Source: Sulfurovum sp.
Lineage (GTDB): Bacteria > Campylobacterota > Campylobacteria > Campylobacterales > Sulfurovaceae
Assembly (NCBI GenBank): GCA_020721775.1
Contig: DYLZ01000001.1
Coordinates: 4,290-68,289, forward strand
Reading direction: 5' to 3'
DNA length: 64,000 bases
This document shows, one piece after another, positions 38,805-51,687 of this stretch. How positions within the stretch are numbered: position 1 is the stretch's first letter; each line of letters opens with the position of its first letter. The translations under genes and the position numbers were made by a program. A model generated the notes under the pieces. The model was not told where the DNA came from. It searched no databases and saw nothing but the letters and a program-made list of their open reading frames with translations.

Positions 38805-39483
38805 CTATGACCTTCTGCATCTGTTTTTGAATTTCTTCATACCAATCCTCTCTAGAAGTTTTGATATCTATGGTTGGCAAGAAATTAAACACAACATCGC
38901 TTTTATGGCTTAATTTTTTTGCTTCATCCACAAGCATCCTGCTGCCTGTTACAACAACCGGTTGAACTTTCAACTCCAATTTTTCAGCTATTATCTTTGC
39001 TCCGGATTTAAAATTAAGCAATTTTTGACTTTTAGATCTAGTACCTTCCGGAAAAATGGCGACTTTTCTATTGAGAGTATTAATTGAATATTTTACATCA
39101 CTCAACAGTTTTAAGATGCTTTTTTTACTTTCTCTATCCACAGAGATCATATCTCCTAAATGCAGAAGTTGCCCGATATACGGAATATTAAATAACTCTT
39201 TTTTTGCTATCCATCTTAAATGATTTGTCTGAAGCGCTTCCATAGCTATGATATCAATAATTCCTTGATGATTCAAAAGATACATATCTGCATTTAAATC
39301 CATTGTGCCGACTTGTATGGGTTTACTGCCAAGCAAAAACATAATAACACGATTTAACTTATGCATGATAATGCCCTTGTGTTTTCGAAAAACGAACACA
39401 AGCGGTATCATCAAAAATGAAACTATTACAAAAATGACAATTGCGCTCCAAATAAATCTTATTTTGGCAAAAATGGCATTCAA
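38770..39483 (-). CDS. plsC: 1-acyl-sn-glycerol-3-phosphate acyltransferase
   Basis: NHQGIIDI (HX4D) and FPEGTRS motifs. Confidence 0.85.
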   Translation of the reverse strand: MNAIFAKIRFIWSAIVIFVIVSFLMIPLVFVFRKHKGIIMHKLNRVIMFLLGSKPIQVGTMDLNADMYLLNHQGIIDIIAMEALQTNHLRWIAKKELFNIPYIGQLLHLGDMISVDRESKKSILKLLSDVKYSINTLNRKVAIFPEGTRSKSQKLLNFKSGAKIIAEKLELKVQPVVVTGSRMLVDEAKKLSHKSDVVFNFLPTIDIKTSREDWYEEIQKQMQKVIDDELKFNNRSR

Positions 39484-40151
39484 CCTTCAAAACCTTTTAA
39501 CATTTTAACTCCATCATCACTTCCAAGAAGTATTTCTATGGCGCGCTCAGGGTGAGGCATAAGACCGAAAACATTTTTTGTTTCATTGCAAACTCCGGCA
39601 ATTGCTTCAACGGATCCGTTAATAGACTCTTCCTTGCCGTTTTCATCACAATATCTAAGAAGTATCTGAGCGTTTTCTTTCATTTTTGCTAAATTCTCAT
39701 CATCAATATAGTAGTTACCGTCTGCATGCGCTATAGGCACATGTAAAACTTCATCTTTTTGACACTTATTTAAAAAAGCATTATCGTTTGAGACAACTTT
39801 AAGATGTTGGTATTTTGATATAAAATGCAAGTTTGTATTTCTTTTTAAAGCCCCCGGAAGCAGCTTTGCTTCTGTTAATATCTGAAATCCATTACATATC
39901 CCTAGTACTTTTCCGCCATTGGCAGCAAATTTGCCAACCTCTTGCATAACCGGAGCAAATCTGGCAATAGAACCCGATCTAAGGTAGTCGCCGTAAGAAA
40001 ATCCGCCGGGAACTACAACAAGATCTATGTTTTGAGGTAATGTTTTATCATTGTGCCAAACTATTTGTGTAGAGTGACCTAATTTTTCAAATGCATACTG
40101 CGTATCAAACTCGCAGTTTGTACCGGGAAATCTAAGAATCGCTACATTCAT
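39480..40151 (-). CDS. purQ: phosphoribosylformylglycinamidine synthase, glutaminase subunit
   Basis: GFSYGD and GICNGFQ catalytic-Cys motif, with a terminal HPE. Confidence 0.93.
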   Translation of the reverse strand: MNVAILRFPGTNCEFDTQYAFEKLGHSTQIVWHNDKTLPQNIDLVVVPGGFSYGDYLRSGSIARFAPVMQEVGKFAANGGKVLGICNGFQILTEAKLLPGALKRNTNLHFISKYQHLKVVSNDNAFLNKCQKDEVLHVPIAHADGNYYIDDENLAKMKENAQILLRYCDENGKEESINGSVEAIAGVCNETKNVFGLMPHPERAIEILLGSDDGVKMLKGFEG

Positions 40152-40381
40152 GGTTTTAACTTGAAATTATAATCTTCTATGACAGTATTTGCTAACAATG
40201 TCTCACACATCTCTTTGATTATGTCCGAAGTAACACTGCTATCTACATCAAGAACTATCTGTTTGCCGATCCTAACATCATTCACGCCATTAAATCCAAG
40301 TGAACCAAGCGCATGATGAACTGCTTTTCCTTGCGGGTCAAGCACTCCTTGTTTTAGATATACATTTACGATCGCTTTCAT
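40148..40381 (-). CDS. purS: phosphoribosylformylglycinamidine synthase subunit PurS
   Basis: 77 aa, LDPQG motif, located between purC and purQ. Confidence 0.9.
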   Translation of the reverse strand: MKAIVNVYLKQGVLDPQGKAVHHALGSLGFNGVNDVRIGKQIVLDVDSSVTSDIIKEMCETLLANTVIEDYNFKLKP

Positions 40382-41097
40382 TTATTACTCCCTAAAATTC
40401 TGTTTAATACCTCTTCGTATGCTACTTTCAATCCGCCAAGACCTTGTCTAAATCTATCTTTGTCCATTTTTTCACCGGTAGAACTATCCCATAATCTGAA
40501 ATTATCAGGACTTAACTCATCTATCAAGATGATATTGTTATTTATATCTCTTCCGAACTCAAGTTTGAAATCAACCAATGTCAGATTTAATTTCGCATAG
40601 AACTCTTTTAGTAATACATTAATTCTTCTTGCTATATATCTTATATAGTCAAGCTCGCTCTCATCTTTTACAAGATCAAGTATCAAACAGTGTTGATCGT
40701 TTAGTTTTGGATCTCCAAGCGCATCATTTTTGTAAGCAAATTCAACAAGCGTAAAAGGCAATACTTTACCGTCTTGGATGCCTAAGCTTCTACTCAAGCT
40801 TCCTGTTGCTATATTTCTAACTATAACTTCTATTTTTATTACTTCTGCTTTTTTGTGGAGCATATGATTATCGTCTATCATTTTGACAAAATGTGTGCTT
40901 ATGCCTTTCTTTTCCAAATATTCAAAAAGTTGTGCTGAAATTTTGTTATTTAAGGCACCTTTTCCTTCTTCAACAGCCTTTTTTTCGCCATTGAATGCTG
41001 TTAATTCATCTTTAAATTCGGATATCAAAAATGTTTCATCTTCTGTTTTCCATATTTTTTTTGCTTTACCTTCGTAAAGAAGTGTCGTTTTTGTCAT
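40378..41097 (-). CDS. purC: phosphoribosylaminoimidazole-succinocarboxamide synthase
   Basis: LYEGKAK start and full-length SAICAR synthetase pattern. Confidence 0.93.
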   Translation of the reverse strand: MTKTTLLYEGKAKKIWKTEDETFLISEFKDELTAFNGEKKAVEEGKGALNNKISAQLFEYLEKKGISTHFVKMIDDNHMLHKKAEVIKIEVIVRNIATGSLSRSLGIQDGKVLPFTLVEFAYKNDALGDPKLNDQHCLILDLVKDESELDYIRYIARRINVLLKEFYAKLNLTLVDFKLEFGRDINNNIILIDELSPDNFRLWDSSTGEKMDKDRFRQGLGGLKVAYEEVLNRILGSNK

Positions 41098-42428
41098 TAT
41101 TTTCTTCCCTCTGTAATGATTAATGCTTTTAATATATCGATGGCGCTTTTTAACTGTGAATCTTTGTTTATATCTGATTCGCTAATACTGCTTCCTTTTC
41201 CAATAAGTTCATTTTGTATGACTTTTGGAGTATTGTTTGAATCGCTGTTTTTCAAATGTTTATCAAGTTCGCTCTCTTTGATAAGCCCATTGCTTGACAT
41301 TTCATTTGTTATAGAACCAGGGTGCACAACAACATCAGGATCTACTCCTTTTGCCTGTATGGATCTTCCGCTTGGAAGATAATATCTGGCAACGGTTAGT
41401 CTAAGTCCCTCTTCTTTTCCTATAGGAATAACCGCCTGCACGCTTCCTTTTCCAAATGTTTTTTCACCAACAACTACAGCGCGTTTTAGATCTTGTAATG
41501 CTCCACTGACTATCTCGCTTGCGCTTGCGCTTCCGCCATCAACCAAAACAACCATAGGAATTTTTACATCATCTTTATCTGCTTTTGCTTTAAATGTTAT
41601 ATTTTCAGCTTTAGTTCTTCCTTTTTGTGAAACGATCACGCCTTTATCTACAAATAGATCTGTCAAACCAACGGCTTGATTTAATAGCCCGCCGGGATTG
41701 TTTCTAAGATCCAAAACTATACCTTTTGCTTTTGAATATTTTGCAAGAGCTTTTTTAACTTCTTTTACGACATTTTGATCAAATGATGTAACTTGGATAT
41801 AAAGCAAGTCTCCGTCTATAATTTTTGCATAAACAGATTGCACCTTTATTATTGCACGGCTTATTTTTATCTCACGAGGCTTTTGTTCATTCTTTCTAAC
41901 GATCGTAAGCAATATACTGCTTCCCGGTTTTCCTCTCATGATACTAACAGCTTCATCGATATTCATACCCATAGTTGCTCTATTGTCAAGTTTTATGATA
42001 ACATCGCCTGCTTGGATACCTGCTTTGTATGCCGGAGTATCTTTAATAGGAGCAATAACCGTAAGCGCGCCGTCTTTCATGCCGACAGATATTCCAAGAC
42101 CGCCGAACTCGCCTTTTGTATGGATATTTAAGTCTTTATATTCTTTTTTATCCATATAAGATGAATGCGCGTCAAGATTACTCATAAGACCTTTGAGAGC
42201 TTTATTGACAAGCGCCGTTGTATTTGTCTCATCAACATATTCATGCTCGATAATATTTAAAATTTTTGTAAATTTTATATAGGCTTCAAGTTTTTCTTTC
42301 GAAATAGTCTGATTTGGCTGTGGCTGCGTGGCAACTGGCGGCTGGGCATTGGCGTTCAGTCCGATATAATAACTGCCGATCGCAACTGCAATAGATGAAA
42401 GAAGAAATGGTTTTGTTTTATTTATCAT
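41097..42428 (-). CDS. ctpA: carboxyl-terminal processing protease (S41)
   Basis: PDZ domain plus GSASASEI and KG S41 catalytic region. N-terminal signal anchor. Confidence 0.9.
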   Translation of the reverse strand: MINKTKPFLLSSIAVAIGSYYIGLNANAQPPVATQPQPNQTISKEKLEAYIKFTKILNIIEHEYVDETNTTALVNKALKGLMSNLDAHSSYMDKKEYKDLNIHTKGEFGGLGISVGMKDGALTVIAPIKDTPAYKAGIQAGDVIIKLDNRATMGMNIDEAVSIMRGKPGSSILLTIVRKNEQKPREIKISRAIIKVQSVYAKIIDGDLLYIQVTSFDQNVVKEVKKALAKYSKAKGIVLDLRNNPGGLLNQAVGLTDLFVDKGVIVSQKGRTKAENITFKAKADKDDVKIPMVVLVDGGSASASEIVSGALQDLKRAVVVGEKTFGKGSVQAVIPIGKEEGLRLTVARYYLPSGRSIQAKGVDPDVVVHPGSITNEMSSNGLIKESELDKHLKNSDSNNTPKVIQNELIGKGSSISESDINKDSQLKSAIDILKALIITEGRK

Positions 42429-42528
42429 GCTGATAATTACCTTTTGGTATTCTTTAAGAATATTATTTTATTTAAAAAGCTCTAAAAATATGCTTTTGAT
42501 ATACTACATCTTTAATATTAATGAAAGA

Positions 42529-43880
42529 TTAATGGATAAACTTCGCTCTAAAATTTCGATTTTTTATCTTAATCTTTTGAAGTTTCAGTAAATCTGAACC
42601 AATTCTTTTTTTTGCTTATGGCTACATAGGAACTTTATCTGTTATGGTAATATCGCCGATATCCTTAGCATCAAATTCCAATTCTTTACATAATGTTCTG
42701 AGTATATCGCCCTTTCTAAGCTTGTCTTTTTCCTCCAAATATACAAAGTGTTCTAAAGGCTCCTTTTATTTCAAATTTTTTATTTACCGATAAAGCATCA
42801 ATATTCAGAGAGACAAGATTCGGCAAAATTTCTGTAGCAACTCTTTCTTCCCTGCTTGTAAAAAGCGAAACGGCGATACCTTCTTTACCTGCTCTCGCCG
42901 TTCTTCCTATGCGATGCGTATATGTTTCACTTTTAAATGGAATATCAAAATTTACTACAAGCTCCACATCGTCTATATCAAGACCACGGGAAGCCACATC
43001 TGTTGCTATGAACAAAGGGAGTGAGCCATTTTTAAACAACATAAGCGCCTCATCTCTATCTCTTTGTTCAAAATCGCCATGCAACAAAGCGATATCAAAA
43101 TGAAGATCATCTAAAAAATCAAACAGACTGTTTGCTTCTGCTTTTGTATTGCAAAATATAATGGTTGATGTCGGTTTATAGGTTTGTAAAATAGGAAGCA
43201 AAGCTTGATATTTATCTTTTACTTTATATAGATACTCTTCTATATTGATAACAGTATCTGTATGTATATTGATCATCATAGGATTTTTCATTATCTTTGA
43301 TGAGAGTTTTTTAATATTTTCAGGATAAGTGGCTGAAAATAACATGGTTTGCGGTTTCTTTTTGATGTGATCTATAACTTTCATTATATCGTCAAAAAAG
43401 CCCATATCAAGCATTCTATCCGCTTCGTCCAAAATTAAAGTTTCTATTGTATCCAAAACTAATGTTTTACTGAAGAGATGATCGTTCAATCTGCCGGCTG
43501 TTCCTATAACGATATCTGCGCCTCTAAGCATATTTGTTGCTTGCGCTCTAAGGCTTACGCCGTCATAAAGCGTAACTATCTTTAGATTTTTGTAAACATG
43601 CCCCAACTCCTCTAAAAACAGTTGCTATCTGTTCGCATAATTCTCTGGTTGGAGCAATGACAAGAACTTTCAGATTTTTATTTTTTGACTCAAGTTTTTG
43701 TATAACAGGCAGTACAAAAGATATAGTTTTTCCCGAACCTGTCTTAGCTTGCACTATAACATCTTTGCCATTCATAATCGCAGGAATTGCCTCTTTTTGG
43801 ACCGGGGTAAGCGTGTTAAGCCCAAGGTTTTTAATTGTAGCTTTCAGATCATCTCTGATATTTAATTCGTCAAAATGCAA
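42529..43880 (-). pseudogene. dbpA: DbpA-type DEAD-box RNA helicase, disrupted by at least four frameshifts
   Basis: All helicase motifs are present (AKTGSGKT, PTREL, DEAD, SAT, HRIGRTARAG) but split over two ORFs at a G4 run near 43606. The DbpA RNA-binding tail (GGK.DKLRKGDILRTL...DIGDITI...YVAISKK...LLKLQKIKIKNRNFRAKFIH) is readable only by switching frames three more times. Confidence 0.8.
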
Positions 43881-44010
43881 TATTTCTCTTTTTTTTATAG
43901 TATTATATCATATATGGTTATTTTTACAAGATTTAATTTTTTTTAGGAAAATTGACAAGACTTGACTAAATGTTATATAATAATTTTAGATTTAAACCCA
44001 AAGGATTTTT

Positions 44011-46584
44011 ATGAGTATTTTAGAAAAATTAACCAACCAAATGACAGAGAGTTTGGACTCTGCGGTATCATTGGCTCTTCACAATAAAAACCAAGAGATT
44101 ATGCCAATACATTTACTGTGGGCACTAATAACAAATACCAATTCCATACTCAATCAAGCGTTAAATAAGCTTAATATTGATAAAGCCGCGCTTGAACTTG
44201 AGATAAAGAGCGAAGCTGCGAAACTGCCAACAGTATCAAATCTAGTAAAAGAGAATATCAGGTTATCACAACAATTTATTTCGTCTTTACAAAAAGGCGA
44301 GGGGTTAATGAGTGCTAGCGGGGATAAATTCTTGGCGGTTGACACTTATCTGCTTGCAAACATAGATGAAAGCTTTATGAAAACCATTATAGGCAAATAT
44401 GTCGATAAAATGGAATTCAAAAAAACTTTAGAGAGCATTAGGGGCGGAAAAAACATAGATTCTAAAAGTGCAGATGAAACGCTTGAAGCTCTTGCGCAAT
44501 ACGGTGACGATCTAAACCAAAAAGCAATTGACGGCAAACTTGATCCGGTTATCGGCAGAGATGAAGAGATCCAAAGAACTATGCAGATCTTGATCCGTAA
44601 AACCAAAAACAATCCTATACTTTTAGGAGAGCCGGGTACCGGTAAAACTGCTATTGTAGAGGGTTTAGCTCAAAGAATAGTAAACAAAGAAGTTCCTTTG
44701 AGCCTTCAAAAAATGAGAGTGATAAGCCTTGATATGAGTCGTCTTATAGCGGGCGCGAAATATCGCGGTGAATTTGAAGATAGACTAAAAGCTGTAGTTG
44801 ATGAAGTCAAGAAAGCCGGCAATATTATCCTATTTATCGATGAGATTCATACTATTGTCGGAGCAGGAGCAAGCGAAGGCAGTATGGATGCTGCAAATAT
44901 CCTAAAACCTGCTCTTGCACGCGGTGAACTTCATACTATCGGAGCGACTACACTCAAAGAGTATAGAAAATATTTTGAAAAAGATATGGCTCTTCAACGC
45001 CGTTTTCAACCGGTAAAAGTCGATGAGCCGAGCATTAATCAAGCGCTTCAAATACTCAGAGGTATAAAAGAGAGACTTGAAACACATCACAATGTGAACA
45101 TCATGGATTCGGCCCTCATAGCAGCTGCAAAACTAAGCGATAGATATATCACAGACAGATTTTTGCCGGACAAAGCGATAGACCTTATAGATGAAGCGGC
45201 GGCTGAACTAAAAATGCAAATAGAAAGTGAGCCAAACGAGCTGGCAAAAACAAAAAGAGAACTTTCAACATTGCAAGTAGAAAAAGAAGCTCTCAAGATG
45301 GAGGAAGGCGACAAAAACAAAAAAAGGCTTGATGAGATAGAAAAAGAGATAGCCGACTTGGAAGAAAAAAGGGTAGGGCTTCAAAATCAATTTGAGTTAG
45401 AAAAAAATGTTTTCAATGATATTTCCAAAGTCAAAACCCAGATTGATTCTCTAAAAACAAAAGCAGATACCGTAAAAAGAGAAGGTGATTTTGCTAAAGC
45501 GGCAGAAATAGAATACGGTCAAATTCCTGCAGCAAAACAAAAGCTTGAAGAACTTGAAAAAAGATGGGAGAAAATGAAGGCAGAGGGCACGCTGCTCAAA
45601 AATTCTGTTGATGAAGAGATGATAGCAAGTATCATAAGCCGCTGGACAGGCATACCTGTAAATAAAATGCTTCAAAGCGAAAAAGAGAAAATTCTCCACA
45701 TAGAAGATGTGCTTAAAGAGGAAGTTGTCGGTCAAGAAGAAGCCTTAAAAGCGGTTGCCAGAGCAATCAAGAGAAACAAAGCAGGCTTGTCAGACACAAA
45801 TCGTCCGATAGGAAGCTTTATGTTCCTTGGTCCTACCGGCGTTGGTAAAACTCAAGTAGCAAAAACGCTTGCAAAATTTCTATTTGATAGTGAAAAATCA
45901 CTTATTAGAATTGATATGAGTGAATATATGGAAAAACATGCGGCAAGCAGACTTGTCGGCGCGCCTCCTGGGTATGTTGGATACGAAGAGGGCGGACAGC
46001 TCACAGAAGCCGTTAGAAGAAAACCATATAGCGTCGTGCTTTTTGATGAGATAGAAAAAGCCCATCCTGATGTGTTCAACACACTTTTGCAAGTGCTTGA
46101 TGATGGAAGACTCACTGATAACAAGGGTGTAACGGTTGATTTTAAAAATACTATTATCATCATGACATCAAATATCGCTAGTGATAAGATTATGACTATA
46201 ACCGATAGGGAAGAAAGAGAAAGCGCAGTTAATAAGGAGCTCAAAAACTATTTCAAACCCGAGTTTTTAAACAGACTTGATGATATAGTGATATTTAATC
46301 CTCTTGGTCTTGAAGCGATTACCGGAATTGTCGATATACTGTTTGACGGTATCCGCAAAAAACTTCAAGCAAAAGAGATAGAGATCGCTCTTACCGATAA
46401 AGCAAAAGCTTTTGTAGCAGAGGCTGGATTTGATCCTGTATATGGCGCTAGACCGCTTAAACGAGCTCTTTATGAGATTGTTGAAGATAAACTAGCCGAG
46501 CTTATACTCGAAGAGAAAATAAGTGAGGGAAGTAAAGTAGAATTTGATGCAAAAAATGGAGAAATAGTTGTAAATATTAGTTAA
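44011..46584 (+). CDS. clpB: ATP-dependent chaperone ClpB
   Basis: Two AAA+ modules (GEPGTGKT and GPTGVGKT) with a long coiled-coil middle domain, 857 aa. Confidence 0.96.
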   Translation: MSILEKLTNQMTESLDSAVSLALHNKNQEIMPIHLLWALITNTNSILNQALNKLNIDKAALELEIKSEAAKLPTVSNLVKENIRLSQQFISSLQKGEGLMSASGDKFLAVDTYLLANIDESFMKTIIGKYVDKMEFKKTLESIRGGKNIDSKSADETLEALAQYGDDLNQKAIDGKLDPVIGRDEEIQRTMQILIRKTKNNPILLGEPGTGKTAIVEGLAQRIVNKEVPLSLQKMRVISLDMSRLIAGAKYRGEFEDRLKAVVDEVKKAGNIILFIDEIHTIVGAGASEGSMDAANILKPALARGELHTIGATTLKEYRKYFEKDMALQRRFQPVKVDEPSINQALQILRGIKERLETHHNVNIMDSALIAAAKLSDRYITDRFLPDKAIDLIDEAAAELKMQIESEPNELAKTKRELSTLQVEKEALKMEEGDKNKKRLDEIEKEIADLEEKRVGLQNQFELEKNVFNDISKVKTQIDSLKTKADTVKREGDFAKAAEIEYGQIPAAKQKLEELEKRWEKMKAEGTLLKNSVDEEMIASIISRWTGIPVNKMLQSEKEKILHIEDVLKEEVVGQEEALKAVARAIKRNKAGLSDTNRPIGSFMFLGPTGVGKTQVAKTLAKFLFDSEKSLIRIDMSEYMEKHAASRLVGAPPGYVGYEEGGQLTEAVRRKPYSVVLFDEIEKAHPDVFNTLLQVLDDGRLTDNKGVTVDFKNTIIIMTSNIASDKIMTITDREERESAVNKELKNYFKPEFLNRLDDIVIFNPLGLEAITGIVDILFDGIRKKLQAKEIEIALTDKAKAFVAEAGFDPVYGARPLKRALYEIVEDKLAELILEEKISEGSKVEFDAKNGEIVVNIS

Positions 46585-46604
46585 TATATTATCGCGATTT
46601 TCTT

Positions 46605-46627
46605 ATCCCCGTGTATAATACGGGGAT
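46605..46627. terminator. hairpin shared by the convergent clpB and 91-aa genes
   Basis: ATCCCCG-tgtataata-CGGGGAT. There is no clear T-run. Confidence 0.4.
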
Positions 46628-46634
46628 TAATGCA

Positions 46635-46910
46635 TTATATTAAATTATAAAACTCTTTATGAACACTCTCATTTTTCATTTTTTTCACTGCTCCTGCAAT
46701 GATAGCCTCATATCTATCCACATCCGCATTTAACGCTTCAAGAGTATTTTGCATATCTGCATTTGTTACTTTTGCATTCAATGCAAATCTCTCTTTTTTA
46801 GTAAGTCTTTTTTTTAGTATTTGTGAAAGCTCATCTTCGCTCTTTAGTGTTCCTCTTTCACCTAGAACAGAAATGATAATTTCACGGGCTTTCAATTCTT
46901 CTAATTTCAT
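46635..46910 (-). CDS. hypothetical protein (91 aa)
   Basis: Clean ORF with a plausible RBS. No motif recognised. Confidence 0.5.
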   Translation of the reverse strand: MKLEELKAREIIISVLGERGTLKSEDELSQILKKRLTKKERFALNAKVTNADMQNTLEALNADVDRYEAIIAGAVKKMKNESVHKEFYNLI

Positions 46911-46981
46911 ATAATAAATCCTTAAATTTGTAAGGCATTATATTTGAAATATGATATAATCTACATAAAAAGAGAGTAGTT

Positions 46982-47872
46982 TTGGCATACGAACTAAAAG
47001 ATAAACTAGTAATCGCTATATCTTCAAGAGCTTTGTTTGATTTGGAAATCGAAAATAAAATCTTTGAGGAGAATGGCTTGCAGGCTTACTATGACTATCA
47101 GTTAAAACACGAGGACAAACCTCTCGAACTTGGTACTGCATATAGATTTGTAAAAAATTTCCTGTCTATCAACAAAAAGTTTGACGACAAGCTCATAGAG
47201 GTTATAATTCTTTCGAGAAACAATGCAGCTACCGGACTTAGAATAGGGCGGAGCTTAGAGCATTACGGGATAAATATAGAACGCACCGGATGGACGGCCG
47301 GTACGCCTGTGGCTAGATATCTTGAAGCTTTTAAAGTTGACCTTTTCTTATCAGCAAACAGTGAAGATGTTCAAGATGCCATCAATGCAGGAGTGGCAGC
47401 TGCAACAATACTGCCTTTTTCAAATCAAAATAGAGATGATTCAGATATAGTCCGCATAGCATTTGACGGTGATGCCGTTCTTTTTGGTGATGAGAGCGAA
47501 AAGATATATCAAGAAAAGGGACTGGACGCATTTTTGGAGCATGAGAGAGCAAATGCTAAAAATCCCCTAAGCAAAGGACCATTCTTTAAATTTTTAAAAG
47601 TAATATCAAGTATCCAAGATAGATTTAGCATGGAACAGTCTCCAATACGCACCGCTCTTGTTACTGCACGCAATTTTACTACTTACGAGAGAGTTTTGCG
47701 TACGCTTGATGCCTGGGGAGTGAGAGTAGATGAAGCATTTTTTCAAGGCGGTGTACGCAAGCATGAAGTTATAGCGGCATTTGGAGCGGATATATTTTTT
47801 GATGATCAAGATGCTCACCTAGAAGACACATCACCGCTGACTCCAAGCGCAAAAGTGCCGCATAGGAAATAA
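46982..47872 (+). CDS. 5'-nucleotidase, cytosolic-IA-like family (PF06189-like)
   Basis: IAISSRALFDL start and a C-terminal FFDDQ motif, from memory of this family. TTG start. Confidence 0.6.
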   Translation: MAYELKDKLVIAISSRALFDLEIENKIFEENGLQAYYDYQLKHEDKPLELGTAYRFVKNFLSINKKFDDKLIEVIILSRNNAATGLRIGRSLEHYGINIERTGWTAGTPVARYLEAFKVDLFLSANSEDVQDAINAGVAAATILPFSNQNRDDSDIVRIAFDGDAVLFGDESEKIYQEKGLDAFLEHERANAKNPLSKGPFFKFLKVISSIQDRFSMEQSPIRTALVTARNFTTYERVLRTLDAWGVRVDEAFFQGGVRKHEVIAAFGADIFFDDQDAHLEDTSPLTPSAKVPHRK

Positions 47873-47950
47873 AATGATCATCGACAAAGTAGAAAATTTT
47901 GGGCTTTACCATTTTGGCTCGTTGTCAAAAAAAGTCGTCATTAATAAAAA

Positions 47951-49096
<1,146 letters not shown>

Positions 49097-49141
49097 TCAA
49101 AATTAATTGCGTTATTTTACCAATTATATATAGAGAGTTTA

Positions 49142-50569
49142 ATGAAAGATATATTGATCATAGCCGAAGGAGAGATTGCAAAGCATTTTATTTTGTGGTT
49201 AAACAAAAAAAAAGTTGTCGGCAATCGCTACAATATAATATCTACTTCCATAAATCTAAAAGATATCAAACTAAATAAGAATATTGTCTTTTCCAAGGTT
49301 GATGCTACCAGCGAAAGCAAAATCCAAAAATTACTCGGTCAAAAAATATACTCTCACATTTTTATTATAATTGAAAATTATGATGATTTGAAATATATTT
49401 TGCAAAACATAAATAAAATAGATAATAAAATAAGAGTTATTTTAGCTAATCACTGGGAAAATGAACAAAACATAAAATACCCAAACAATGTAACATTAAT
49501 TAATATTAATGACTTGATATCCAGCCATTTATATGAAAAACTCCCTAATGTCCCTCTTGTTGCAAACAATATAGGTCTCAGGGAAGGTGAGATCATGGAG
49601 ATACATATACCTTTTGGAAGTAGCTATGCATACAGGCATATAGGCTCTATTTTGCAGCAAAAATGGAAGATAGTCGCTCTATACAGAAACGACAAAATGA
49701 TAATGTCAAATAGCGCCACTATGATAAAGCCAAACGATACTATCCTTGCAATCGGAAAGCCGTCCGTTTTAGAGAACATATACAGGATAGTCAACAAAAG
49801 AAGGGGATTGTTTCCGGAGCCTTTTGGAAAAAATATTTATCTATTGCTGGATTTAAGATTTGATAAAAAAAATGCGTTAAATTACATAGAACAAGCCATC
49901 ACAATCAGCAAAATGATAAACGATAACTCTAAGCTGTTCATAAATGTGATATATCCTTCAAATAAAAATATTATAGAAAAAATAAAAGAGATAGCTACAA
50001 ATGAGATAAAAGTAGATATTACCTTTGATCTGACGGGTATAGAGGATACCATAGAGTACAATATCACCCAATATGATATAGGTCTTGTAATCTGCAGCAA
50101 CCGGACTTTTTATTCTAAACATAGAATGTCAATGTTTTATAATTTTAAAAAAATTGTTTACATTTTAGGACAAACTCGGATAGAGCAGATCAAAAATGTA
50201 TCTATAATTATGAATGACGATGAGGCTATGGAGTCGATATCAACGATAGCATTTGATTTCTGTGAAACATTTAAACTGCCTCTAAAACTTTGCGATTTTG
50301 ATCCGAACGGAGATTTTGAAGATAGAAAAATGACCATAGAACATTATGAAACAATAGCAAATCTTTTCAATGTAAACTTTTTGGTTGAACAGAATATTGC
50401 CAACCCATACAGAGAACAGCTTCAAATGAAAAACACTTTAAATATAAGCGCATTCAAAAAGAAAAACACAAATTTATTTAAAAGATTTAAAGATTTTATT
50501 AAAACTATTTATATCTCAAAAAGTACAAATCCTCAAATGTTGATACCTTTTGAAAATAGTGAAAACTAA
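49142..50569 (+). CDS. TrkA-C (RCK C-terminal) domain-containing protein of unknown function
   Basis: The ATG at 49142 (MKDILIIAEGEIAKHF) avoids overlap with tgt. The middle segment EGEIMEIHIP...KPNDTILAIGKP looks like a TrkA_C fold. Confidence 0.6.
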   Translation: MKDILIIAEGEIAKHFILWLNKKKVVGNRYNIISTSINLKDIKLNKNIVFSKVDATSESKIQKLLGQKIYSHIFIIIENYDDLKYILQNINKIDNKIRVILANHWENEQNIKYPNNVTLININDLISSHLYEKLPNVPLVANNIGLREGEIMEIHIPFGSSYAYRHIGSILQQKWKIVALYRNDKMIMSNSATMIKPNDTILAIGKPSVLENIYRIVNKRRGLFPEPFGKNIYLLLDLRFDKKNALNYIEQAITISKMINDNSKLFINVIYPSNKNIIEKIKEIATNEIKVDITFDLTGIEDTIEYNITQYDIGLVICSNRTFYSKHRMSMFYNFKKIVYILGQTRIEQIKNVSIIMNDDEAMESISTIAFDFCETFKLPLKLCDFDPNGDFEDRKMTIEHYETIANLFNVNFLVEQNIANPYREQLQMKNTLNISAFKKKNTNLFKRFKDFIKTIYISKSTNPQMLIPFENSEN

Positions 50570-50637
50570 AAATTGATTTTATTAAATAAATTAAGATAAA
50601 ATATATCTATTAAAACTTTACAAAAGGTTTGCCCATA

Positions 50638-51687
50638 ATGACTATCCCGGTAATTCTAAAAAAAGAGTGCGACGACTCATATAAAATAATAATTGATGAT
50701 TTGGATATTCATAGCTTCGATACGAAAGTTGCAATTGTAACAAATACCACTATTGCAAACCTGCATCTAAAAACTCTGCTTGAAAAAATTACTGCAAAAT
50801 CACTAAATATTATCATTATACCCGATGGTGAAGAGTATAAAAATATTAAAACATTAGAATACATTTTGGACAAAATGTTTGAATACAAATTAGACAGAAA
50901 ATCGATTCTTATAGCTTTTGGAGGAGGCGTAGTAGGGGATATGACAGGTTTTGCTGCAAGCATCTACCAAAGAGGTATTGATTTTATGCAGATACCTACA
51001 ACCCTTCTTGCTCAAGTAGATGCAAGCGTTGGCGGCAAAACAGGGATAAACAACAAATTTGGGAAAAATCTTATCGGCGCTTTTCACCAGCCAAAATTAG
51101 TTTACATAGATATCTCTTTTTTGAAAACTTTACCAAAAAGAGAATTTGGAGCAGGTTTTGCTGAAATAGTAAAAATGGCAGTTACTTTTGATAAAGAGTT
51201 TTTTGAATTTTTAGAAAATGCCGATTTGGCAAATGATGATGCACTTAAAAAAACAATAGCAAAATGCGTCAAATTAAAAGCTGAGATAGTAGGCAAAGAT
51301 GAGAAAGAAGCAGGCATAAGAGCTGCTCTTAACTACGGACATACATTTGGCCATGTCATAGAAAATGAAACAGACTACAGTAAGTTTTTACACGGTGAGG
51401 CTGTAGCAATAGGTATGGTGATGGCAAATGAACTTGCTTGCGAATTAGGCTTTATGGCAGTAAGTGAAGCAAATAGGGTAAAAGAACTTTTAAAAAAATA
51501 TAATTTGCCGACCGAGTATAAAATCAAAAATATAGATGACTTTTACGAGCATTTCTTTTTGGACAAAAAAAGCTCTAATAGCAAAATAAAATTCATACTT
51601 CCAAAACATATCGGAGATCATATTATTTCTTCTCAAATTTCAGAAAAAATTGTAAAAAAAGTTCTCAAAAAATTTGGAGATAATTGA
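50638..51687 (+). CDS. aroB: 3-dehydroquinate synthase
   Basis: GGGVVGDMTGFAA, the metal ligands H..GH and overall length. The ATG at 50638 follows AAAGG. Confidence 0.92.
   Translation: MTIPVILKKECDDSYKIIIDDLDIHSFDTKVAIVTNTTIANLHLKTLLEKITAKSLNIIIIPDGEEYKNIKTLEYILDKMFEYKLDRKSILIAFGGGVVGDMTGFAASIYQRGIDFMQIPTTLLAQVDASVGGKTGINNKFGKNLIGAFHQPKLVYIDISFLKTLPKREFGAGFAEIVKMAVTFDKEFFEFLENADLANDDALKKTIAKCVKLKAEIVGKDEKEAGIRAALNYGHTFGHVIENETDYSKFLHGEAVAIGMVMANELACELGFMAVSEANRVKELLKKYNLPTEYKIKNIDDFYEHFFLDKKSSNSKIKFILPKHIGDHIISSQISEKIVKKVLKKFGDN

Noticed and set aside
43881-44010. Heat-shock operator (CIRCE or HspR HAIR) in front of clpB.
   Set aside because: Only a TTGAC-AAGAC-TTGAC direct repeat within the likely promoter is visible. 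There is no inverted repeat resembling TTAGCACTC-N9-GAGTGCTAA or CTTGAGT-N7-ACTCAAG.
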